From contig JAUZTB010008443.1 of assembly GCA_034780895.1 (NCBI GenBank), positions 62,001-124,625 on the forward strand: DNA of 62,625 bases. Direction: 5' to 3'. The notes under the pieces were generated by a model. That model was not told where the DNA came from, did no database searches, and saw nothing but the letters and a program-made list of their open reading frames with translations. Positions 49,066 to 59,987 of the stretch are shown here, piece after piece. This stretch comes from Rhynchobatus australiae. Lineage: Eukaryota. Position numbers and translations under genes: made by a program. Each line of letters opens with the position of its first letter. The first letter of the stretch is position 1.

Positions 49066-50631
49066 TTACATTATTCCATTAACAACAGCCATCGCTAAAA
49101 CAACAAAAAAGACAACTATCGAAATTGCAAAAAGGGCTTTTGCAGTAATTACTCAAGCATCAAGGGAAAGTCCTAAAACTTTTTTGTTTTTAGTAGTTGT
49201 AATTGGCAGTTCTTCATTTTTTGTTGCTAAAAGCGCTTCAGTATTAGTTTTGGTTTCATTTTCAAAACTAATTGTAGGTGTTTGGGACTCATCAAGATCG
49301 ACTAGCTCTAAATTTTCTTTAGGTTCTAAAATATCTTCAGGAATTTTTTCGCTTTTGGCTTCAACTTTTCTTAAATCTTCTTCTAAAATAGTTTCTGTTT
49401 TGGCTTCGGTATCAGTTTCTAAAAGTTGATTAATTTCTTCAGTTTTTATTTCTTGGCCATCATTAAAAATTTGTGCTTCTAGTTCTAATTCATTAGTTTC
49501 ATAAACTTGTGGCATATAAGCAAAATTAACTGCTCCTTCTTTTTGCTTTTGGGGATTTAGTGCTTTAAGTTTATTTAAAGTAATTATTTGTGTTTGTTGC
49601 ATTTCTTCAAAAAGACGTTGCGCTGCTAAACGTGTTTTTTGCTCTTCTTTGAAATTAGCATCTAATTGGCGATTTTCAGTTTCTAAAATTTCTAATTCAT
49701 TTTCTAATTTTTGTGAAATGCGTTTATATTCGTCTAAAGTTTGTTGCATTTTGCCAATTTCTTGCGTTTGCAAAAGTTCATTAGTAGCTTTTAAATTTTC
49801 AATTTCTTTATTAATGCGTGCTTGTGCTTCTTCAGAAGCTTGGAGCTTTTTGTTTAACTCTTGCACTAAAGCTTGACCAATTTCTAATTGGCTAATTTTT
49901 GATTCTGCATTTTGCCGTTTTGCTCTTTCCGTTTGTAATTTTTTTTCTGTATCAATGTGTTTAAATTCTAAAAAACGGGTTTGCTCTTCGTATTCACGAA
50001 TTTGTTTTTTTAAACGATTTACCGTTTCTGCTTTTTTAATTAAGCGTGCTAATTTTTTAGGGTCATTGTATTCTTCTAAAGACGTTGCAGTTGTCGTTTT
50101 TGCTTGCCCTTCTTTTGTTTCAGCAGCAATTTTTAAATTAGTGTTTTCAGTAGTTTCTGAGTTAGTTTGATCTTGGCTTGTAATAGTAATTTGATTTTCA
50201 GTTTTGCTTTTAATTTCTTTTTTAGCTTTATTAGCACTTTCTGCTTTAACATCTTTTTTTGTTTGCGGAACAGTTGCTTCTGGAGCTGTATTTTCTTTAG
50301 CTTTTAAAGGCGTTTCTTTAGTTACTAAAGCTTCATCATTTTTAGTTTCAAGCTTAGTAATTGTGCCTTTGCTCTCGGCTTTAGTTTGCGCAATTGTGGT
50401 TTTAAACTTTCCGTCTTCACGCACTCAAAGACGGGCATTAATATTTAAATTTTGAAAATGTTTTAGTGCATCTTCATAATTTAAAAAAACTTTATCGGTT
50501 TTATTTTTAGCCTTTTTTAGATGTCATTTTTTTGTAATTTTACCTGTAGCACTAGTGTGTGTTTTCATTGATAAATATCATTTTTGGATTTTTTTAGGAT
50601 TCATATTAGTACTTCTTTCTGAAATGGCCAT
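49066..50631 (-). CDS. Tail-anchored coiled-coil protein, about 521 aa (start 50631 or 50604)
   Basis: Small Trp-containing N-terminal domain, K/E/T-rich linker, heptad-like coiled coil, acidic region, C-terminal TM ALFAISIVVFFVVLAMAVV; stop 4 nt before the cdaM ATG. Confidence 0.75.
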
Positions 50632-50918
50632 GCTAAACAAATTATAATGAATTGAACGTAGAGATTATTAATTTGATTATAATTTAAATTTAATATTTTC
50701 CTTAATATTTGCTTTAAAGGAAGCTAATAAAATCACGAATTTTTACTTTTTAGTGTCTTTTTGACAATTATTAATTTGAAATTACTACTTCAAGACTAAT
50801 TTCTTCTTTTTAGTTAGCAAATCTTTGGAAATAATTAATAATTTTCAGAAAAAATAAAAAACTAATAAGATAATAATAAGTATTAAGTAGCTTTTGTTTA
50901 AAGAAATTATTATAAGGA

Positions 50919-51824
50919 ATGAATATGGCGCTGGAAAAGCATAAAATTTATATTGATTTTGAAGCCATCACCCATCCATTTTTACGAAAGTTACGTTGGA
51001 AAAACGAAAGCAAAGTGGCTTTGCGCAATATCCCCTTTGCATATTGCATCGGAACTTTTAAAAATCAAAAATTTTATAAAAGAACGCGCATAGTCGAGTT
51101 TCACAATATCGACTCACAAGCGCTTTTTTTCAATCATTTACGTCTTTTAATTTGAGAAGACATTCAAAAATTAAATCCCTTAATCGAAAATATTAGTGAA
51201 GTTAAATTTTTTGGCTTTGCGGCAAATTTAGAAAAAGCTATTTTAAAACAACTTTTTAGTCATGCTGAAGTTGAAAGTTTATACGGCATGACTAAAGTTT
51301 CATTACAAAAATTAACTTTTGACATTGGTTTAGTCAATTATTTTCCTTATTTACAGTCTTTAGTAATGCAAAAATTTAGTCAAGAAAAAATTAATAAAAT
51401 GCATCTTTTGCACTCCGGAGTTTTAGCGAGCTTAACGGGAATGTTATTTTTTTGCGAAAACAAAAGCATTCGTACTAAATATTATAGTGATTTTAATTTC
51501 GCCCTTTTAAGAAAAGAATTAGTTACTTATTTGAGTGATGATGTTTTACGTTTAGCTTATATGGTAGCTAATAAAGACAAAATTAAAAAGCGTTACAATT
51601 ACATTATTGAGCAACGCAAAATTTTAAATAAATATCGTGATCAGCAAAAACAATTGCAATACATTAAACGAAAAATTGAAGAAGATAATTTTGATAAAAA
51701 GATGACAGTGGGCGAACTTTTAGAAATTACACGACAAAAAATTAATGAACTAAACAACTTAATTGATGAACAAAAAAATAAAGAAAAAATTGAAAAAATA
51801 TTAACTAATAAAGAAATGGTTTAA
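50919..51824 (+). CDS. DUF2779-like (RNase H-fold) protein with a C-terminal coiled coil
   Basis: IYIDFEAI...IPFAYCIG...ELVTYLSDDV pattern of DnaQ/RNaseH-like DUF2779 proteins; pieces joined through TGA. Confidence 0.6.
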
Positions 51825-51845
51825 TCTTTTTTAAAAGTTAAGAAA

Positions 51846-52928
51846 CTAACGAAAACGTCCGATCACATAACTAATATTTTGCGCGCTAATTCAAATTGAA
51901 GAGTCATAACGGCGTAAGTCTTTAGTAATAATTTTAGCTTCAAAAATTAAGCATACCGTTTCGATGCGATACGTTTTTTTGCCCGTATAAGCGCTATAAC
52001 CTTCAAAGATGGTATATCCTCTTCAATAACTTATTTTTTTAAAATAATCAATTACAATTTTAGGCTTATTTGTGGAAATAGCAACTTTCACTTTTTTATA
52101 ATTAGGAAATAAAAAGTTAATTGTAAGTGCCGAGATGCTAATGAACAATATGGTCGCAAAAAACTGGATTAAAAACAAAGAACGAGCCTTAAAAAGGACT
52201 TGTGCATTTAAGACCAGATTTCAACGAAAAGCAATGTAAATTAAATAATAAAAAAGGGCACTAATTAAATTTAGTTTACGCGAAATGCCAGCAACATTCT
52301 TTTTGTATTTGTTCGAATAATATTTAACAAAAATATCAGTTCCGCCAGAACTAGCTTCAGCTTGTCAGAGCATTGCTCCACTGGAACCAACAACGACTCC
52401 AGCAATAAAAGCAAAGACGATAATTGGTCAGCCTTCACTAACATTGCTAATTCTTTGTAATGATCAACCAGGCACAAAACTAGTAATTTTAGTAATTACA
52501 AAATTAACTACGGGGATATTAAAAATGCTATTAATAAAAGTTGCAAACAATAAATAAAAAGCCGTAAGGATATTAAAAATATTAGAATTTTTTTTCCAGT
52601 AAAACAATAAAATAGGGGCGTTTAAAACTAAATAAATAACTCCAAAATAAGCTTTTAGTTGCGGCACTAAAAAGACTATAACAGCACCAACACCACTCAG
52701 TCCGGTAGGAATGGTTTCTGCTGGCGTTAAAAAAAAGGCAATTCCAAAATTAAAAATAATGGCCGCAATAAAAATTCTAAAAACGTTCATTTTTTTTAAA
52801 GCTAAAATGCGATACCAAGGCAATTTTTCAATTTCGGCATGCGTTAAGGAATCATTATAAATATAACTTTGTTCATCTTCAAGACGTAAACCGATGCGCA
52901 TTCTTTGTCTTTGTGTGATCTTTTTCAT
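51846..52928 (-). CDS. YitT-family membrane protein
   Basis: IPTGLSG, YLVLNAPI, ASSGGTD, C-terminal YTIFEGYSAYTGK (DUF2179-like) domain. Confidence 0.85.
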
Positions 52929-53053
52929 TTTTGATTTATTTTTTGATCTTTCTCAACTCTTATCTTAATTCGTAAATAATATGCTAATTAGAACTTTTTT
53001 GATAAAAAAGTTAGTTAATTTTTTTTAATTTTTTTTCAAAATTTTGAAAAAAT

Positions 53054-53083
53054 AAAAAAACATCTTTTTGAAGATGTTTTTTT
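53054..53083 (-). terminator. Intrinsic terminator of tuf
   Basis: AAAAAAACATCTT TTTG AAGATGTTTTTTT, 20 nt past the stop. Confidence 0.85.
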
Positions 53084-53103
53084 GCTCATTTCTTGATTAG
53101 AAA

Positions 53104-54294
53104 TTAAGAAAGAATTTTGGTTACTGAACCAGCACCAACAGTTCTTCCCCCTTCGCGTAAAGAAAATTTGGTGCCTTCTTCAACAGCGATTGGTGAGATC
53201 AAAGTTACGACTAAGTCAACATTATCACCAGGAACAACCATTTCACGACCGTCTTTAAATTCTAGTCCTCCAGTAACATCGGTAGTTCTAAAATAAAATT
53301 GTGGTTTGTAGTTTTTGAAAAATGGTGTATGACGTCCACCTTCATCTTTTTTGAGAGCGTAAATAGTAGCTTCAAATTTGGTATGGGGAATAATGGAACC
53401 AGGTTTAGCTAAAACTTGCCCTCTTTCAATTTGATCACGATCAATTCCTCTTAGTAAAAGCCCAGCATTATCTCCTGCCATCGCTTGTTTTAAAAGTTTA
53501 CGGAACATTTCAATTCCGGTAACAGTCGTTTTTAAAGGTTTTTTAGTAAAGCCAACGATTTCTACTTCTTCATTAAGATTTAAAGTTCCACGTTCTACTT
53601 TGCCAGTTGCTACCGTTCCACGTCCAGTGATAGTGAAAACATCTTCCACAGCTAAAAGAAAAGGTTTGTCTAAATCTTTAATTGGTTCTTTAATTCACTG
53701 ATCAACAGCGTCCATTAATTCTAAAATATTTTTTTCGTATTTAGCATCACCTTCAAGCGCTTTGAGCGCTGAGCCTTTAATAATCGGTGTATTTTCACCG
53801 TCAAAATCGTATTTTGCGAGTAAATCGCGAATTTCGAATTCGACTAATTCGATCATTTCTTCTTCGCCTTCGAGCATGTCGATTTTATTAAGGAAAACGA
53901 CTAAACGCGGTACGCCTACTTGTTTTGATAATAAAATGTGTTCTCGAGTTTGTGGCATCGGTCCATCAGTCGCTGAAACGACTAAAATGCCACCGTCCAT
54001 TTGTGCTGCTCCAGTAATCATGTTTTTAATATAATCGGCATGTCCAGGACAATCAACATGAGCATAATGTCTTGGTTCCGTTTCGTATTCAATGTGGGCC
54101 GTATTAATGGTGATGCCACGAGCTCTTTCTTCAGGTGCATTATCAATTGATGCATAATCTTGTTTTTGAGCAAGTCCTTTTTTAGAAAGCACAGTTGCAA
54201 TAGCGGCTGTTAAGGTAGTTTTGCCATGATCAACATGACCGATAGTTCCAATGTTAACGTGAATTTTATCACGATTAAATTCAGCTTTAGCCAT
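53104..54294 (-). CDS. tuf: Elongation factor Tu
   Basis: [35 protein letters not shown]; SD AAAGGA. Confidence 0.99.
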
Positions 54295-54517
54295 ACTATA
54301 AATTCCTTTCAAACGTTTTTGCGAACGTAATCTTCTTAGTAAATAATTTTTTAAGCGCTAAATCCACCATTGCATAGTCTTTCATCTATGTCCTATCCTT
54401 AAAATATGAAACGCTTAGTAAAACATGTTTTTTATAATAAAATTTTAGCAAATTTTTTTAAAAAAAGGCATTTTGCTTTTGATATTGATACTGTAATTTT
54501 ACATCTTTTTTAGAAGC

Positions 54518-55093
54518 TTAGTAATTGTTTTTAACTAAATCATGGTACATATTATTTTCTAATACTTTTAAGGCTTGGGGATCCTTAATACTAACACAAA
54601 AAAATTGTTGTTCTGTAAAATCAAAAGTTTGTGCTCATTTTTGCAAATAGTATTTTTGACTTTGATTTAATTTATCGTATTTAGTTGCTACTAAAGTGAT
54701 TTTATAAGGAAAAGCTTTTAATCAATTTAAAATTTCATTTTCTCGCTTCGTTCAGCCCCTTCTTGCATCAAAAAGAAAATAAAGATTAACTAGATTTTTA
54801 CGAGTTTGTAAATAAGTTTCAACCATTTTTAACATCTTATGTTTTTGACTTTGCGCCATTTGCGCATAGCCATAGCCTGGCAGATCAACAATTACTTGTT
54901 GTTTTTGGTTAATAAAAAAATTAATTAGTTGCGTTCTTCCTGGGGTATTGGAAGTTCGGCAAATTTTACTTTTCGTTAAGGCGTTAATTAAACTCGATTT
55001 ACCGACATTTGAAGGACCGATAAAAGCGATTTCATGATTTTGATGCTGAAAATAATTTTCTGGTGCAGTGGCACTTTTTGCTAATTTCCACAT
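54518..55093 (-). CDS. engB: Ribosome biogenesis GTPase YihA/YsxC
   Basis: GPSNVGKSSLIN, TPGRT, DLPGYGYA, DARRG, TKYDK. Confidence 0.95.
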
Positions 55094-55259
55094 AATTATA
55101 TTTTAGTGTTTATTTAGATTTAGTCACCGAAGTTCTTAATTAGCTTTGAGTTTTTAAAAATAACTTAATTTCTAGAAAGTGCTTTTTTAAAAACAGTTAA
55201 AATTAATAAAACAAAAAATTACTATTTTGTAACTAAAAATAGAGAAATTAGGTCTTTTT

Positions 55260-56288
55260 ATGAATTTTAAAAAATCCCTTACTGATGAAGCTTATTTTAT
55301 TAGTACTAAAAAATCAAAAAACCGTGCGGTGATGTTGCCTATGGCTACTAGTTCTGCTCAGGCGCACAGCGGCTTAGTTAATGATTATCATTTAATGCAC
55401 TATGGCGTGCGCGCCTTAAATGGCATTGGCACGATTATTGTTGAAGCTACTGCGGTTGATCCTCAAGGCATCATTTCTAAATACGACTTAGGTCTTTATG
55501 AAGACAAACAAATTGCCGCTTTTCAACGTTTAACTAATTTTGTTCATAGTTTCGGAACTGTCATTGGTGTACAACTTAATCACGCCGGGGCAAAAGCAGG
55601 AGCTAAAACGCGTAGAGGTGTCAAAATGCGCGATCATTATAATACCCCTTTTAAATATTTTAGTGTTGAGGATCTAAAAGGTGAAATAAGCAATAAATTT
55701 TTTAGAGCGGCTCAAAGAGCGGCGCAGGCTGGTTTTGATTTTATCGAAATTCATGCTGCTCATGGATATTTATGAAGCACTTTTTTACATCCAGAAACTA
55801 ATGAAGTTTTAAAAACTGATGATTTAATAGAACGCGCGCAAATCTTTATCGATTTAATTAAAAAAATTAAAAAAGAAATCAAACTTCCTTTAGGCATTCG
55901 CGTCTCTTTTGTTGATAATAACGAAAGTGGAATTATGACTTCTTATTATCAACCTTTAATTAAGATTTTGGATCAATATCTTGATTATTGGAACGTTTCT
56001 AGTGGTGGTGTAATTGACCAAGATGCAAAGATTAATATTGAAAAACGCTTTCAAAGCGCATGCACTTTAAAAACCTTTTCAGAAAAAAATATTTTAGTTT
56101 CAGGACGACTAAAAGAGACAAAAGATATTAACAAAGTTTTTGCCGCTGATTTAGATTTTGCCGGCTTTGCAAGTAGCATATTAGAAAATGATAATTTTAT
56201 AAAAAGCAAGTTACTAAAAGAAGATTTTTTTAGCTCGCAAAAATATCCTTGACGTTATAAAGAATACTTTTTAAAAAATGAAAATTAA
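55260..56288 (+). CDS. NADH:flavin oxidoreductase (Old Yellow Enzyme, YqjM/NamA-like)
   Basis: KNRAVMLPM, IIVEATAV, VQLNHAG, AGFDFIEIHAAHGYL, LGIRVS, VSSGG. Confidence 0.9.
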
Positions 56289-56297
56289 GGTTAAAAA

Positions 56298-57122
56298 ATG
56301 AAAATAAAGGAATTTAAACTAAGCACATTTATTTTAACAAATGCTACTAAATATAAAAAGCTTCATGTTTTACAAGACTTAGCTTTGCATGGCATTATTT
56401 TAGATTTAAAAGAAGGACTTTTTGAAAATCAAAAAGAGCTTCTTAGAAAAGAGTTATACGAATATTTAACTAATCTGGATCATCAAAATTTTGTTCCTAC
56501 TTTAGGCTTAAGAATTAACCCTTTAAACACTAAAATCGGCTTTGCCGATTTTTATCAATATTTGGAAAGTAGTTTTAATTTAGACTTTTTAGTTTTAAGC
56601 AATATTAAAGATGGTAACATTATCAATTTTGTTACTAAACTCTTACAAGCTTATCGTAAAAGTACTTTACTAATTTTAAGTATTGATGGCCCAGAAGCTA
56701 TTAGTAATTTAAAAACAACTTTAAATCAAGCAAATCTTGATTTCGTTTATGGACTCGTTATTGCTAATGATACTTTCGTTTTAAAAAGCCAAATTTCCTT
56801 GGATAGTAGTTTATTAAAATATGCCAAAATGGAATTACTTACTGAAGCTAAAAAACACCAACTTCTAGTTTTAGAAGGACCTAGTTTTGAAACTAATAAT
56901 TTAGAGCTTTTATTAAACTCAACGCTTAGTTCTAAAAGTGATGGCTTTAATGGTCGTTTAGTGAATCATCCGCGTCATCTTGCCATTATTAATCAAGTTT
57001 ATTGCGATCATCAAAAAGAGATTAAATTAGCGCAAGCTTTGGAGCCAGAAGCGATTCAGAAACACCAGCCTTTTAGTCTTACTTTAAGACGCTTGCAAAA
57101 GATCTTTAAAGTTAGTCAATAG
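56298..57122 (+). CDS. HpcH/HpaI aldolase / citrate lyase beta (CitE)-family protein, divergent
   Basis: IILDLKEG, LRINPLNT, GFNGRLVNHPRHLAIINQVY resemble CitE DLED / RVN / GF.GK..IHP.Q. Confidence 0.75.
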   Translation: MKIKEFKLSTFILTNATKYKKLHVLQDLALHGIILDLKEGLFENQKELLRKELYEYLTNLDHQNFVPTLGLRINPLNTKIGFADFYQYLESSFNLDFLVLSNIKDGNIINFVTKLLQAYRKSTLLILSIDGPEAISNLKTTLNQANLDFVYGLVIANDTFVLKSQISLDSSLLKYAKMELLTEAKKHQLLVLEGPSFETNNLELLLNSTLSSKSDGFNGRLVNHPRHLAIINQVYCDHQKEIKLAQALEPEAIQKHQPFSLTLRRLQKIFKVSQ

Positions 57123-57144
57123 TTATTAAAAGAAAGAATTGATA

Positions 57145-58290
57145 ATGAATATTGTCTCAACAATAAAAGCGCTTATGGATAAAAAGCAAACTTTAAAATG
57201 AGCTTTTTTAGGTGATAGTATTACTCACGGGTTAGTCCACACTCATAATAAAAATTCTTATAGCGAATACTTTGAATGTTTCATCAAAACCAATCTTAAA
57301 AGAACAAATGATACTATCGTTAATTTTGGAGTTTCAGGAGAAACTACAAAATGGTTAAATCTTTATCTAGATGAAATTAGTGACCATTTTGATATTTATT
57401 TTATTGCATTTGGAATGAATGATGCCGCATCATTTTCTGGCCTAAGTGCTGATGCTTTTTATGCTAATTTAGCGCAAGCCATTCGTAAATTAAAAGCAGT
57501 TAATAAAATCATTATTTTACAAAGTGTGAATCAACTTTGTCAAAGTTACGGCATTGATCCTTGAAGACAAGATCTTAATAAGTATTATCAAAAAATTAAA
57601 CTTTTAGCTAAAGAAGAAAATCTTTTTTATTTTGATTTAGAAGCGCAAATTAGTAATAAATATTTACGAACTTACCAAGTTGAAGAACTTTTTGCTGATA
57701 CTATTCATCCTAATGAAAAAATGCATCTGTTATGATTTTTAGATCTTGTTATTTTTCTTTTTGGTAACTCTTATAGGAATTTATTAATTGAGCAAAAAAG
57801 GTCTCCAGTTTGTGAAAACAACTTAGTATATTTACGTTCTGATAAAGACTTAAAAAAGATTAAAGATTTAAAGACCCCTTTTTATTTTTTCTTTTGAAAT
57901 TTTGATTTTTGTGAAATTGATAAATTACATTATCAAAGAAATTTTCTCTATCATTTTAAAGAGCTTTTTCATAGTCAATTATCTTTTGAAATAAAAAATT
58001 TATTAAAATATTTTATCAGTCTTAAATCATTAAATAACCCTTTTAAAAAACTTCTTAATAATAATTATTTAGAGTTTTATCTTTTTGAAAATGAGAACCA
58101 TTTAAAGACTTTTCAAAAAGACGAAATTACTAATAAGCATAAAGTTTATATTTTTAAAAAAGGACTTTTTGAAAAGATTAGTTCTGATCTTTTGAAAAGC
58201 GATTTTGCCAATTTATTAATTTTTGAAAAGAAAATAAATTGGAGCAATTCAAGAAATTCGGCTCAACAGTTATTAAGACTTTTTCACTAA
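57145..58290 (+). CDS. Cytoplasmic SGNH/GDSL esterase, 381 aa (not in the ORF track)
   Basis: WAFLGDSITHG, NFGVSG, FGMND, DTIHPN; additional C-terminal domain of about 170 aa. Confidence 0.85.
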
Positions 58291-58550
58291 GTAATTAATA
58301 GTTATGATTTTTTGATCTTCAATTTAGCGTATTCTTATTTTTTTTAGAATAACTTGATTTTATTATCAAGAATCAAAACAAAAGAAGTTTTTTTAAAAAA
58401 GGTCTTAAGCTTAGTAAAAAAAGCTTCAATATACTTAGACATATTATTTTGAGAGACGTAATTTAATTTAAATTAAATTGAATGTACTAACTTAATTTAA
58501 ATTAATCAAAAAAAGATATCAAATTGATTCAAAAAAAAATTTTATTTTTT

Positions 58551-58579
58551 TTGAATTGATAATAATTTTATGCTATTAT
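58551..58579 (+). promoter_or_regulatory. Sigma70-type promoter
   Basis: TTGAAT-N17-TATTAT with extended -10 TG at 58571-58572. Confidence 0.6.
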
Positions 58580-58584
58580 TTGGG

Positions 58585-58790
58585 CAACTAGTTATTAGAA
58601 AAATAAATTCTATTATAACTCGTCATCATCCACTGGATGATACATCTGGAGCCAAAAGTGCTATTTCCTCTAATCATCATCGAAATTCATTTTGAATTCG
58701 ATTTTGTACTAAGGCATAGCTTCTTTGCCCTTAGGTACAATTTACCATCCTAATTTATAAGAGTGTAACTTTTAAGTTGCACTTTTATTG
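58585..58790 (+). ncRNA. Candidate unannotated structured small RNA (about 200 nt)
   Basis: Locally GC-richer; five consecutive hairpins between a promoter and a terminator; no ORF starts plausibly inside the transcript. Confidence 0.55.
58757..58790 (+). terminator. Intrinsic terminator of the candidate sRNA
   Basis: AAGAGTGTAACT TTTA AGTTGCACTTTT; two G-U pairs form only on the + strand. Confidence 0.7.
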
Positions 58791-59193
58791 TTTACGCTTT
58801 GTAGTTATTCGTTTTTTAAATTTATTAGTTAAAAATTAAATATAAATTACTTATCAGTAAAAAAAGTCATTTTTATTTAATCGAGAAGTTTAGTTTAAAG
58901 AATTAATTTTTATTTTTATTTAAAAATATTATTGTTTAAAGATTGATAATTTTTTTGCTTATTTTTATCAAAAAATAATTATGAAAAAAATGTAAACATT
59001 TTACTTAATTTTTCAATTTATTAAAATTAGATTTGTTTATTTTTCATAGAATGAAAGTTTATTATGATTGTTAAAAAGATTTTAAATATTAAGTTTTAAA
59101 AATTGTTTTAGAGCTTACAATAAAAAAGTAAAACGTTATCTTAATTTATTTTTCAAAAATACGTTTTATAAATCAATAAATTAAAGGAAAATT

Positions 59194-59385
59194 GTGGTAC
59201 TAGATAAAGATATTGAATATTTTTTTAAAAAATACAATGTGGCAGAGGACGCTGAAGAAATAGACGCTGAAGAGTTTGAAAAATATTTAGATCCTAAAAA
59301 ATATCGCATAGTAAAGTCTATATATTCAAAAGAAGGAAATATCCAATTTTTCAAATTTACTGTTGAAAAAATTGTTAAAAATTAA
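59194..59385 (+). CDS. Small hypothetical protein, 63 aa
   Basis: GTG start with SD AAAGGA; acidic centre AEDAEEIDAEEFE; coding-like composition. Confidence 0.6.
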   Translation: MVLDKDIEYFFKKYNVAEDAEEIDAEEFEKYLDPKKYRIVKSIYSKEGNIQFFKFTVEKIVKN

Positions 59386-59947
59386 GTTTTTGAGCTTGAT
59401 ATCAATAAATAACTAATAAATCATTATTATTAATCAAAAACTCGGAAAATCATCAAGATTTAAAAAATATTTATTTAAAATGGTGCATTTATTATTGAAT
59501 CAGTATTTTTATTAATAAAGCTTTTGAGAAAACAATTATTAACTTTTAATTTATAAATCTTATTTTAAGGAATCAAAAAAAGTCTTTTTATAACTAGGCT
59601 TTTTTGTTAACCTTTTAGTTTAAAGACTTATTTATTTAAATCTCTTCTAAAAGTCCTAATAACAATAAACATTATTAATTTTTTTAAGTGTTTAAAAATA
59701 ATCAAGAAAACATTTTTAAAAATTTTTAAAAATTTTTATTACAAAATTATTAAAACTTGAGAATTTGCATTTTTAAATTTCAAAATTAAAAAAAATTATT
59801 TTCATCTTTCAAATACATAAAAAAAGAAAATTTTTTAAATGGTAGCCATACTCTTTAAGCTTTTATTTTCGATAATTTTAAGGAAGCATAAAAATACAAA
59901 AATTTTTAATTTTTTTAAAAGTTTTCTTTAATAAAAAAAATTTGGAC

Positions 59948-59982
59948 GAAAAAAAACCTTAACATTTATTAAGGTTTTTTTC
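59948..59982 (-). terminator. Intrinsic terminator of tyrS
   Basis: GAAAAAAAACCTTAA CATTTA TTAAGGTTTTTTTC. Confidence 0.85.
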
Positions 59983-59987
59983 ATAGT

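Noticed and set aside
58570-58719. 49-aa ORF MLLFGQLVIRK... over the structured island
   Set aside because: Its ATG overlaps the predicted extended -10 element, it has no SD, and the dense hairpins fit an RNA better; not fully excluded.
58585-58790. tracrRNA, hammerhead, glmS or lysine riboswitch identity for the structured RNA
   Set aside because: No cas genes or array in the window, no CUGANGA/GAAA core, no convincing consensus match and no adjacent downstream gene; an Rfam search is needed.
59386-59940. Possible oriC because of the extreme AT content
   Set aside because: No TTATCCACA-like DnaA boxes seen and no dnaA or dnaN nearby.
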